From: Antedon mediterranea
Lineage: Eukaryota > Animalia > Echinodermata
Assembly: GCF_964355755.1 (NCBI RefSeq)
Contig: NC_092676.1
Location: forward strand, 9,029,888 to 9,093,887
Reading direction: 5' to 3'
Length of the DNA: 64,000 nucleotides
The translations under genes and the position numbers were made by a program. Shown here one piece after another: positions 11,943 to 23,953 of this stretch. Below the pieces are notes generated by a model. It was not told the DNA's origin, did no database searches, and was given only the letters and a program-made list of their open reading frames with translations. Each line of letters starts with the position of its first letter. Position 1 is the first letter of the stretch.

Positions 11943-14704
11943 TTAGGCAATACTTTGTGGTTCAACAAAATGTGAATAAATATCATTTACGATGGAAATT
12001 ATGCCTGTAGTATTTTATGGGCTATTTCATGACACCTTCTAGAACTAATAATTTCAGGTATAATGCCTAATTCTGTCCAGCACAACAAGATTTATACAAG
12101 AGTCATAGACACCATTCCAGTGAACTATATCAGGATTCGATTCGGAAAATATGGATATAAATATAAAAGCCACGTAAAATGTTAAGATACCTGCTGTTAT
12201 CCGAGAATTTAATGACGTTGTTATCATTGCTGGTAGCTTGCGTTGACATCACCATCTTGAATAAAGAATGATCTTTTTCTTCTCCATCGATTACCATCTT
12301 ACCCTTAAAAAACCAATGACGACTATGCTCACTAGAAAGAAGACAGAAAGCAAGAAAAAACCATTTGTAGGAATATTTTCAGGAATTTCTAAATACAGTA
12401 ATGAAAGCTGAGAAATGTTGCATAGATGAACAGAATTTAAGTAAAGAATGGTCTATGTCTTAGGATTATCCATGGTTACAAATACTATTTTACTTTATTT
12501 TAGGCTAGAAGGCAATAGACAATGCCACAATTGTTTTTCACCTGTTTTTTTTTTAGGTATATATTGAGGCAGATGGTATCTTTGTTCTTTTTGACTGTTT
12601 TACTTCATTTACTTTATTTTTACCTCATTTTGATTTAGCTATTTAGCATATTCTATTTATATCTCTATCCAATCACTGATAAACTCACAGCATTGCAATA
12701 CTGTATTTTCAATAATTTAGGTTTGTATTAAATAAAGATATTACTTTTACAAGACAGTAAAGAATGTAAATAAATATTCATGACCATCATTCACAGATGG
12801 TAAAACTTCATGCGACTAAAACTAAAGTGCTTTGTACCTGTTAGACTGAGCCAAGTCAAAGAGTTCAACACTTGTTGGATTCCGTTTAACCTTTTCAATA
12901 AACATGTTGGTGTAAAAGTCTATGTCCCACGTATCAAAGGCAAGTCCTGCAGTAAAGAATAATACAAAATGTTTATAATGCAATATTAATAATAGAAATT
13001 TTCATCAACCATTTATTGGTCATGATAAGCTTTGGTTTATAAATTCAATAACAATGAATTCTTAAATGAACAATGTATCCACAGACCGATTAAATAATTA
13101 CTGTACAGTAATATTAACTGGTTACTAGAACACACTTAAAAGAATATGAAATCATGTTGGATGTTAAGCTAAATGTAATGTTAAAGACCTATTCCCTACA
13201 ATTTTTGCCTTGTCTTTTCTGTTTTATGGTAAATTATGATAAAAAGAAAGAAACAATACACATGCACAATGCATGTTATGATTTATAGAAAGTCTCTAAA
13301 TGATTAGAATCAACTTATTTTTCAAATTTTTAACAGTTTTAAAGACGAAAAAGTTATCGCATACATATTTATTTTTACATTAAATGTAGTTTGTGACCTA
13401 TAATTAGATCTAAAAACGTAGGAAATGGGACTTTAATCATAATATAATGATATACAGTATCAACACAAAGTTACCTATATTAATTTTAAAGTTAAGTTAA
13501 TAATAGAAAAAACTGAAATAGAATTAAAAAACACAGGAGTTTAACACAGTTCAAAGATCATCTATACTTGGGAAACATGATTGAGAGTACTACAATCACC
13601 TAATTCTTTGTTTGCCTTTTCCAGAGCAACTTTTCCTTCACCTATAACATCAATTTCAAAGACTTCTTCTGGTTTAGCTTTAATTTCAAAGCTGCTGATT
13701 GGTTCGTGGTAGCGACATTCCGTCATACGATCGTGAAGTACGGCTACCAGTAGCTTCTCTTCCTCGGGGCTGATAGACGCAGCAATGCCATGATCGTCGG
13801 CTACGTTTATAAGATAGCGAATAGAACGCTCAATACGAGTCACATGGTTGATTCCAGCCGATTGGCAGATTGAGACGGCATTTGTTGACCAGGCCGTAGA
13901 GAAGTTCAACCTGTGTGTATAAAAATTAAACTTATTATATCATATACAGTAGATAGTGTAATGTAATGTCCATGATATTAAATATACAGTCAACATATTC
14001 TGCCATGCATGTTTATGCCCACCTTTCTTAATTTATGCCTATTACCTTATTGAACAACAAAAATTATGACTTTTACTTTTTCAGATATTACCTACCGAAT
14101 AACAAAACATACAGTATTATTTATTAATACTTATTCTCAACTGAAACCGACACTAACACTGTACGACTAGACAAGAAGGGTAATTTGTTAATTAAAAAAC
14201 ATTTTCTGACCTAGGCCCAATTTCAATCAGAAGTCCATCAGGTTCTTGATCATCTTCAACTATGATTGACTTGGTCAGCAGACTAAATTCTTCAAAAGGG
14301 GTACCTAAGATCCATTGTATTTTCTTCTGTTCTTCACCACTGAGTCAATCTATGAAAATAATACACAGTTTAATTGACATTTTCAAAATAATATTAGTTT
14401 GGCAAAAAATTTATTAAAATTTAAATTAGAAAGGAAGAGTACCTACCTCCGTTTACTTCCACATTAAAACAAATTTCCGTTTTTAAATCTTGCAATTTAG
14501 AATTTTCCAACTGCTTTGCTAATTTCTTCCACAAAACATTTGAAGCCCCTGGGAGTAATGCCGGACTTTTATAAAACCGAGTAATGATAGTCATATTCTT
14601 TAAAAAAATAAATTATTAAATATTAGATCTATATTATTTTATATATTATTATTTATTATTATTGATGTTTACACTAAAAAAGTATAACTATAAAGTATAT
14701 GACT

Positions 14705-17700
14705 TATAATAATAATAATAATAAGCTTTATTTAATCACGGATACTTAACTTCAACTGAAAGTTGTTTTTCAGTAAGACCGTGTTTAAAGGAAAACACCA
14801 ACAAAAATAAATGTAAAAAGACCTTAATTACTATCAAAAGAGATAAAAAAACAAAAAAACAATTACAATGAAATAAAATGAACCAAGGGTACACTTACTA
14901 ACTATAAAATTAAATAATACACTACATTTAAATAAAGCTACATGAAATTAGCAGTTAACAGTTTCTTAAAAAGAGAGACACTGTTCACATTTTTAATATC
15001 TTCATTTAGCTCATTCCTAACCTTGGCACCTCTATATGATAAGCTACGTTTTTGGTTTTGGTACTATTAAATTTGCCTTAGTTCTAATATTATAGTAATT
15101 GTTTTTGATATTGAATTTATTTTTATTAAATATGGAGGTGCAAGGTTGTTCATAATCTTAAACATAACAATAGCTTCATTTACATATAATATTTCATCTA
15201 AGTTCATCCAATTTAGACTTTGTAGAGCTTGAGTACTAGAGTGATCTGTAATTCGCGTAGCTTCAGAGTCGATGTGGCAAGGTTAGATGGTGGTTGTTGT
15301 ACGGTATCACCAAGCACATCAAACGTGTTACTTGAGATTGTGCTAATGCCATTTTGTTTACAGTATAGATTAGGTTTAGATACAAACTTTTTGGGTATTG
15401 CTAAACTGCGCAAACAACAACAAAAGCTGCGCAAACCTCCTTCAAAACAATTATTATTGATTAGAACACAACTAGAACTATATAGGGAGACAATTTATGG
15501 GAAAAAGAATTTAAAATTCCTTTAAGTTTGCCTTTTTTTGGGTGAAAAACTTCAATTTTTGGGAAAATTACTGATTTAACAGCGCAAAGAACAAAAAAAG
15601 CTGCGCAAACCTCTCTCAAAACAATTAATATTGATAGAACACAACTAGAACTATATAGTGAGACAATTTATGAAGAAAAAAATTGAAATTCCTTTAAGTT
15701 TGCCTTTTTTTGGGTGAAAAACTTCAATTTTTGGGAAAATTACTGATTTCACAGCGCAAACAACAAAAAAAGCTGCGCAAACCTCCTTTAAATCAATTAA
15801 TATTGATTAGATAACAACTAGAACTATATAGGGAGACAATTTATGGGAAAACAAATTTGAATTTCCTTTGAGTTTGCCTTTTTTTGGGTGAAAAACTTCA
15901 ATTTTTGGGAAAATTACTGATTTCACAGCGCAAACCCCCAAAAAAGCTGCGCAAACCTCCTTCAAAACAATTAATATTGATAGAACACAACTAGAACTAT
16001 ATAAGGAGACAATTTATGGGGAAAAAAATTGAAATTCCTTTAAGTTTGGCTTTTTTTGGGTGAAAAACTTCAATCTTTGGGAAAATTACTGATTTCACAC
16101 CACAAACAACAAAAAAAGCTGCAAAACCTCCTTCAAAACAATTAATATTGATAGAACACAACTAGAACTATATAGGGAGACAATTTATGGGAAAAAAATT
16201 GAAATTCCTTTAAGTTTGCTTTTTTTTTGGTGAAAAACTTCAATTTTTGGGAAAATTACTTATTTCACAGCGCAAACAAAAAAAAAAGCTGCGCAAACCT
16301 CCTTTAAATCAATTAATATTGATAGATAACAACTAAACTATATAGGGAGACAATTTATGGGAAAACAAATTTGAAATTCCTTCAAGTTTGCCTTTTTTGG
16401 GTTAAAAACTATTAATGTTAAGTAAACTTAAAGGAATTTCAAATTTGTTTTCCCATAAATTGTTTCCCTATATAGTTCTAGTTGTGTTCTATCAATATTA
16501 ATTGATTTAAAGGAGGTTTGCGCAGCTTTTTTTGTTGTTTGTGCTGTGAAATCAATAATTTTCCCAAAAATTGAAGTTTTTCACCCAAAAAAAAGAAAAC
16601 TTAAAGGAATTTCAAATTTGTTTTCCCATAAATTGTCTCTTTATATAGTTCTAGTTGTTATCTAATCAATATTAATTGATTTAAAGGAGGTTTGCGCAGC
16701 TTTTTTTTTAGGTTTGCGCTGTGAAATCAGTAATTTTCCCAAAAATTGAACTTTTTACCCAAAAAAAGGCAAACTTAAAGGAATTTGAAATTTTTTTCCC
16801 ATAAATTGTCTCCCTATATAGGTCTAGTTGTGTTTTAATCAATATTAATTGATTTAAAGGAGGTTTGCGCAGCTTTTTTTGGAGGTTTGCGCTGTGAAAT
16901 CAGTAATTTTCCCAAAAATTGAAGTTTTTCACCCAAAAAAAGTCAAACTTAAAGGAATTTTATATTTTTTCCCCATAAATTGTCTCCCTATATAGGTCTA
17001 GTTGTGTTTTAATCAATATTAATTTTTTTGTTGTTTGCGCAGTTTAGCAATACCCAACTTTTTAGGTAGTTCAAATTCAGGTTCACTTGCAATATTCTGT
17101 AAACTAAGAATTTGTTGCTCAAGAGACCAGTTTCTTTCACTCATTTCTTTAAAAGCTTTACTAAGGTGAACAAAATTTGAATGGATTTCTTGAATTAGTG
17201 TAGCTGTTGTTTTAATTCAGAAACTTTCTCATCAGTTTGCTTTATTTTCAGCTTTAGTGATGGGATCTGGTCCCATTATTTAGGTGTTTGAGTTGAACAA
17301 TCAATTGCTTTCACAAACTCAGAGGATTTACAATTCTGACTGTAATCGTTGAGTGTTATTTCTTCAATTAACGGCGCTGTTCCAATATTTAGCTCGTCTT
17401 TTTTTATTTCCTTTCATAATCATAGCTTAATTTTCTGAATAGATCAATATTATCAGGAGTCGATGTTTCAAATGCAAGCCTATCAAAATGACTTCTAAGT
17501 TCATCATATGCAAAGCCATAAAAGCTAGAGTTTGTTGTATCTAGAATGCTTGGAGCTTTTATATGACCATAGCTAGGCCACTGGTTTTCCATTGTTAGCT
17601 TTGTTTGAAATTGGGCGGAAAAAGCTTGTGTACTTACTTGAACAATAGAAAGCTGGTGTATCAATTGTTCTTGCTTGAGCCTAAGATCCTCAACATGAAA

Positions 17701-17890
17701 AAACACTTAATATCCTGCTTATAATATTGACTTTGACAATAAAAATTACATCTCCGTGTTGAGAAAATAACAGTTTAGACAATTTATCAGTCACTAGGTG
17801 GTAGAAAGTTGAAAACTATTTTATGGAGAAGATTTTTCAATAGCTTTTTTCAAGAGCTTCTTGGCTTGGCTAAGTCGAAACTGGTTTTAA
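14705..17890 (-). mobile_element. Internally deleted CR1/L2-like LINE interrupted by a foldback element; also ~36200-38440 and ~56052-59500
   Basis: Minus 15260-14955 reads (with frameshifts) ALQSLNWMNL...MFKIMNNLAPPYL...RSLSYRGAKV.NELNEDIK...SLFKKLL, a typical RT C-terminus. A 3' UTR and an (ATT)n tail at ~14705-14723 follow. An upstream coiled-coil-like frame (MENQWPSYG...EQQILSLQNIASEPEFELPKK|FVSKPN) reads through the foldback insertion site. Confidence 0.65.
15393..17055. mobile_element. Foldback-type DNA transposon with arms of ~173-bp subrepeats
   Basis: Termini GGGTATTGCTAAACTGCGCAAAC...GTTTGCGCAGTTTAGCAATACCC with an 8-bp TSD aacttttt (15385-15392, 17056-17063). The motif gctgc(gc)aaacctc recurs at 15426, 15600, 15772, 15946, 16118 and 16288. 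Orientation flips at ~16410-16425. Confidence 0.9.
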
Positions 17891-20021
17891 TTAATTAATT
17901 TTATCCTAAAAAAGTACAAGATTGCCCATATATTATTAGGCTATCTAGGACCAGGTTCTTTCTATGAATATAGGCTAGGCTATATTTATATGTAACTCGG
18001 CGTTTACGCCAAAAAAACATGAGCCTGGTTTTTATTTAGTAGGCCTAGCCTAGTCGACAACATCATTCCCGCACTTTCATCGTTCATTTTATAAGTTGTC
18101 CGTCCTAAATAAGGGCCTAGCTAGGCTTACCTAGCCCATTAAGCCTAGCCTAAATTGTAGTCATCAGAAAGAGCACTAATAAAAAAAACAGATGCACAAT
18201 AAGTAATCACAAACTCAGAGGATTTACAATTCCGACTGTAATCGTTGAGTGTTATTTTTTCAATTAACGGCGCTGTTTCAATATTTAGCTCGTCTTTTTT
18301 TATTTCCTTTCATAATCATAGCTTAATTTTCTGAATAGATCAATATTATCAGGAGTCGATGTTTCAAATGCAAGCCTATCAAAATGACTTCTAAGTTCAT
18401 CATATGCAAAGCCATAAAAGCTAGAGTTTGTTATATCTAGAATGCTTGGAGCTTTTATATGACCATAGCTAGGCCACTGGTTTTCCATTGTTAGCTTTGT
18501 TTGAAATTGGGCGGAAAAAGCTTGTGTACTTACTTGAACAATAGAAAGCTGGTGTATCAATTGTTCTTGCTTGAGCCTAAGATCCTCAACATGAAAAAAC
18601 ACTTAATATCCTGCTTATAATATTGACTTTGACAATAAAAATTACATCTCCATGTTGAGAAAACAACAGTTTAGACAATTTATCAGTCACTAGGTGGTAG
18701 AAAGTTGAAAACTATTTTATGGAGAAGATTTTTCAATAGCTTTTTTCAAGAGCTTCTTGGCTTGGCTAAGTCGAAACTGGTTTTAATTAATTAATTTTAT
18801 CCTAAAAAAGTACAAGATTGCCCATATATTATTAGGCTATCTAGGACCAGGTTCTTTCTATGAATATAGGCTAGGCTATATTTATATGTAACTCGGCGTT
18901 TACGCCAAAAAAACATGAGCCTGGTTTTTATTTAGTAGGCCTAGCCTAGTCGACAACATCATTCCCGCACTTTCATCGTTCATTTTATAAGTTGTCCGTC
19001 CTAAATAAGGGCCTAGCTAGGCTTACCTAGCCCATTAAGCCTAGCCTAAATTGTAGTCATCAGAAAGAGCACTAATAAAAAAAACAGATGCACAATAAGT
19101 AATCACAAACTCAGAGGATTTACAATTCTGACTGTAATCGTTGAGTGTTATTTCTTCAATTAACGGCGCTGTTTCAATATTTAGCTTGTCTGTTTTTATT
19201 TCCTTTCATAATCATAGCTTAATTTTCTGAATAGATCAATATTATCAAGAGTCGATGTTTCAAATGCAAGCCTATCAAAATGACTTCTAAGTTCATCATA
19301 TGCAAAGCCATAAAAGCTAGAGTTTGTTATATCTAGAATGCTTGGAGCTTGTATATGACCATAGCTAGGCCACTGGTATTCCATTGTTAGCTTTGTTTGA
19401 AATTTGGCGGAAAAAGCTTGTGTACTAATACTTGAACAATAGAAAGCTGGTGTATCAATTGTTCTTGCTTGAGCCTAAGATCCTCAACATGAAAAAACAC
19501 TTAATATCCCGCTTATAATATTGACTTTGACAATAAAAATTACATCTCCATGTTGAGAAAACAACAGTTTAGACAATTTATCAGTCACTAGCTGGTAGAA
19601 AGTTGAAAACTAATTTATAGAGAAGATTTTTCAATAGCTTTTTTCAAGAGCTTCTTGGCTTGGCTAAGACTGTCGAAACTGGTTTTAATTAATTAATTTT
19701 ATCCTAAAAAAGTACAAGATTGCCCATATATTATAGGCTATCTAGGACCAGGTTCTTTCTATAAATATATGCTAGGCTATATTTATATGTAACTCGGCGT
19801 TTACGTCAAAAAAACATGAGCCTGGTTTTTATTTAGTAGGCCTAGCCTAGTCGACAACATCATTCCCGCACTTCCATCGTTCATTTTATAAGTAGTCCGT
19901 TCTAAATAAAAGGGCCTACCCTAGGCCTAGCTAGCTAGGCTTACCTGCCCATTAGGCCTAGCCTAAATTGTAGTCATCAGAAAGAGCACTAATCAAAAAA
20001 CAGATACACAATAAGTAATCA
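17311..20021. repeat. 896-bp tandem repeat x3
   Basis: tcacaaactcagagg at 17311, 18207 and 19103. Confidence 0.95.
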
Positions 20022-20070
20022 ATGATATATCAATATTTTAACACACAAACAGAAAATGAAACCAACTTAC

Positions 20071-20260
20071 AGTATGTTTAGAACGGGGCTAAGCTTGCAA
20101 ACAAATACTGTGTAGGCTAGGCCTACTACTCTCTCCGCGAGCGTAAACATCATTTAATCCACATGTGTTCGGTCATAGAGAAAAGTTTACTTTCTATTGA
20201 CTATGCATGGTTCGGTACGGTCTGATGATTTTGAAGAGCGCCACCAATAATTTAGTAAGT
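20071..20260 (-). promoter_or_regulatory. Candidate non-coding first exon/promoter of PFAS copy 1 (equivalent exons end at 39724 and 60435)
   Basis: On the minus strand the ATG is preceded by an acceptor-like ttttttaaag|aatATG (14598-14599). A consensus donor act|gtaagt lies at 20070, beside a locally CpG-richer stretch. Inferred only; no transcript evidence. Confidence 0.5.
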
Positions 20261-21035
20261 GAGTCAAAAGGTTGATACGAAGAATTAATAATGTCATTGA
20301 ATGATATAATAATTGCATAATAATAAAGTAATACTAATTATAATCGAATGAAGAAATGATACATTTATTCTATAATATCATTCGTAATAAAAAAAATTTA
20401 CACAATTACGATTATTGACTCATTTAAAATCATGAACGATGCGAGTTGCGAACCTTTCAATTGATTTGATTAAAAATGACTATAGGAGGCTCCAAATATC
20501 TACGAAATATGTTATCCGAGATACAGAACAAAGAATTTGTAAACCAATTGAATATTTTTAATGACAGTAAATATGAAAATGTGTGTGTTTATTAGAGTGT
20601 GCATATCCATTCAACAGTATCGACTGTAAACATCGTGAGGTGGTTTCCACATTCGTATGATCAAACGGTACAGGGTATGATCAACTAGCGTTCGTGTTCC
20701 CACCTATAATCATCCATTCATAGAAGTACTGATGAAGATATCAATCTGTGGCAACAATAGAATGGACCCGAGACCTGGCTATCTTCGACTTTTAAATGAT
20801 AGAAAGTTTTGAAAATTTTGTTTCTAGAAATGTACGTTGTATGATGTATAGGCCTATGTTTATTAAAAAATTGTTGTAGTTTTCTAAATTACATTGTACA
20901 AGTTGCGAAGAGGAAACTGTTATTTGATCGTAAGTTAACGTGTACATAAAGCAAAACTATCCATCCATAGGGTCATTTATCTTTTGCTAATTAATCTCCT
21001 CTTGCTTGATTGCACTCAAGCAACAATACTACCAT

Positions 21036-21891
21036 TGTAATAGCACAATGGAAGATTAAAAGATAAACTAAATCACACAGTACAGTCTAAATACTAAAAC
21101 AACTAAAACAATTCAATACAAAACTTAATTTAAAGGTATTAGATCAGGCATCAAGTCTGCCCAAAATAATGATAAAAGTATGCACATCACTCACCTAAAA
21201 TAGAGAGCCAATATCCTCATTGAGTGCATGGAGGTATACCTCCATGTTGAGTGTAATAAAAATAACTTCAAAACTTTAAGTGTACAAACTGTACAACGTG
21301 TAAATATCACAATCTTCTTTAGCTTGAATTGTACTTTAAACTTAGTACTCTTTTAGTATACCGTATATAATATATATATATATGTCTTTCAGTACTTTCA
21401 AATAGGTTCTCGAACTCAACGTTGTTCGAAATGTAAAAGTATATAAAGTTGAAATTTAATTAAAGTTGGAGTGTCCAGCACGTCCGATGGCAAGAGGCAA
21501 AGAGAAAGAAATCTCCCAAAACATACCCTAATGTCATCCAAAATTGTCAAACAAGGTTTACCCCTATTGGTCCATTCTTGTTACTAGGCAAAACTCAAGA
21601 GGGGTAAATTGACCGATTGGTCAATTCCCAAATTTAGGACCTCCCATTTAAATAGATAAACATGTAAGAAGATTAAAACAGAACAAAGAGAATTCTTAAA
21701 AGGATTAATTAACAAAATGATTAAAACATATGCAGTTCCAAGGAAAAGCAATATAATGCAAACATCTTAATGCTATATTGATAAACAATCTTGCCCACCC
21801 ACTGCACCCAGCTGCATTACATTGTAGGTACATTGGAAAATAATAAAAAGTAAAGGAAAAGAAAACATGTCTAAAACATGACAGGGTTACA
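21036..21891 (-). mobile_element. LTR (856 bp) with adjacent polypurine tract, Gypsy-like
   Basis: Ends are TGTAA...TTACA. On the minus strand it is immediately preceded by AGGGGAGGA (21892-21900), giving the canonical PPT|TGTAAC junction. Confidence 0.7.
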
Positions 21892-23953
21892 TCCTCCCCT
21901 AACTTAAATTGCTACCTTCGGGAGCAAAAACACAAAATATCAAACATTACAAGTAGAGTCACCAGTCAAAGTGGAAAAAAAAAAAGGATTAAAATCGTAT
22001 CTGTTTAATTTATCTTGGTGAACAGGAAGTGTGATATAAACTCATTCTGCCTGGACACAATTTCAGTAATATTCACAATAACTTTTTCGTTATTAAGTTG
22101 ATTGCTATAGTCTTGAATTTTTTGAAGAATTATTATAGATTTTTTTGCAACAAAATCTTTCCAGTAGTTCAAAAGTTATGATAAAATATCTAATTTTTCT
22201 GAGATATCCTTGTGGCTATTCTAATTATTACACACACCCCACTGCTCAAATGCATGTTGGCTATTCCAAACTTGCTGGCTAGTCTGAAGATAGTACAGTT
22301 GGTAGGGATTCTCATAGAGATATTTTCACTATAATATATCTATGGCATTCTCAATGTGTACACATAAGTAATTAAATAATTCCTTGCTGTTGGAAGTTTA
22401 TTTTTAATATCAATAAAGTAAATAACAAAATAAAGAATTAGCTATAATTATAACACATTTAAAATGAATGCCTTTTATAATTAGTTACCTAAAGTAACTT
22501 TACTCCACTTTTTTTTACATATAATATAATAATTTATTTGGAAGCTACACTTTTGAAACAGTGGCACACTTCTTGAATGAAGGTGCATCCAGAGTAAGTA
22601 AAATAAATAAATATTATTTAACAATAGGCCTATTAGTACAAGAGTCAACTTATTTGACAAAAGAACGCATTTCAATTAGTCAATTTACATGTTGAAAAAT
22701 AATCAAAATATTCATTAAGTACCTAAATATAATTACAATTTTCACTTTAATGTGTTTTTATTATTCTGTGCCTGCTAATTTTTTAGATAGACAATATAAT
22801 GAACAAAGAACAGAATCCAATAAACATTAAAGGAAATGAACTAGGCCTACAGACCTATTGTTAATTTGTAGAGTCCTATGAAAAGAAATTTGAAGAACAA
22901 AAGGCATAATGGGTGGAAACCATTATACAGAATATAATAGATGATATCAGTAATGTGTAAATGTACTGGTGGTGTAAAGAAAAGGTAAAACAAAAAGAGA
23001 TATCTTTTGATTTGTTAAATCTAGGCCAGTAGGTAGGTAGGTCTGTTACCATGTTTGTTTAAAACAATCAGGACAGACGATGGACTCGGACAGCCAGGCC
23101 CATAAATAAAATAGGGAGAGGCTTAGGCCATTCCTAGACATAACCGCAAAATAATCAATTAAACTCTTAAAATCAATCTAACCCCAATAAACTGAACTTA
23201 AATAATCTTTTCTATATCAGTAAAATCGTGCGTGAACTATAGTCAAAACCCGCTAAAAACTCGGGCCTGTCGCGTTGGGCCCAATGTTGGTAGCAGGCTA
23301 CTTATCCATGTGTGTATTATCGTTTACATTTTCGTTGGAGATTTTCAGTGTAGTTTTGAAAAGAAATGATGTTAGTCTTATACTAATACTAAATTAATTA
23401 GATTATTTTACGGAAAATATATTTTTATTAAAATTATAATTTTAATCGCAGAAAATAAATTTTGGAGAGTTTAACATAAATAAAAAGCCTGATTGATAAC
23501 AAAATAATTGCATCACCTTTTATTTTAACCCTGTGAAATGCGATTGTGTTTTGAAACTATAGGGTGGGTGTTTTCCAATGTTATTTTTAGTGCGCATATT
23601 TTGCTCACCACCGGCATCTGTGCTTATTTTTGAAATACTTAATAATAGATAAAATACATTTTAATATATAATAATATAAAATATATATTATATAATATAA
23701 TTTTATTTATATGAATTTTATTGCGTATTTATTTTAAAATATGCAAATATGCCTCAATTATTAGTGACAAAGGACAAGGAAGCCCGGGTCAAAAACATAT
23801 TCACACGTCGTCCACGATAAACACATTTTAAATTTAAAACAAAACATAGTAATTATTGTAATTTTGAATTGGTATAGGTCACATCTTTAAAATATAAGTT
23901 TCCTAATAATTATCTTCTAATGATCATGAATTATTATTAAAATAAAATATACA

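Larger units (their letters stand above)
5903..14594 (-). pseudogene. PFAS: PFAS copy 1, probable pseudogene
   Basis: Same 21 exons (14594-14447, 14349-14211, 13910-13600 ... 6225-5903). Codon 51 is TGA (14345-14347) where copies 2 and 3 have TGC. The exon-15 acceptor is GG instead of AG (8010-8011). It has a 12-bp in-frame deletion near 8860, and KCSGNW>KCSSNW and VEASNG>VKASNG substitutions. Confidence 0.9.

Noticed and set aside
14345-14347. Cys TGC>TGA read as selenocysteine recoding
   Set aside because: Non-catalytic position, no SECIS recognised, and the same copy has other disabling lesions.
5903-14594. Bacterial purL transfer or viral FGARAT
   Set aside because: Twenty spliceosomal introns and animal-type motifs indicate the native gene.
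15393-17055. CRISPR-like array
   Set aside because: Subunits are ~173 bp and similar along their whole length, with no unique spacers and no cas genes; context is eukaryotic.
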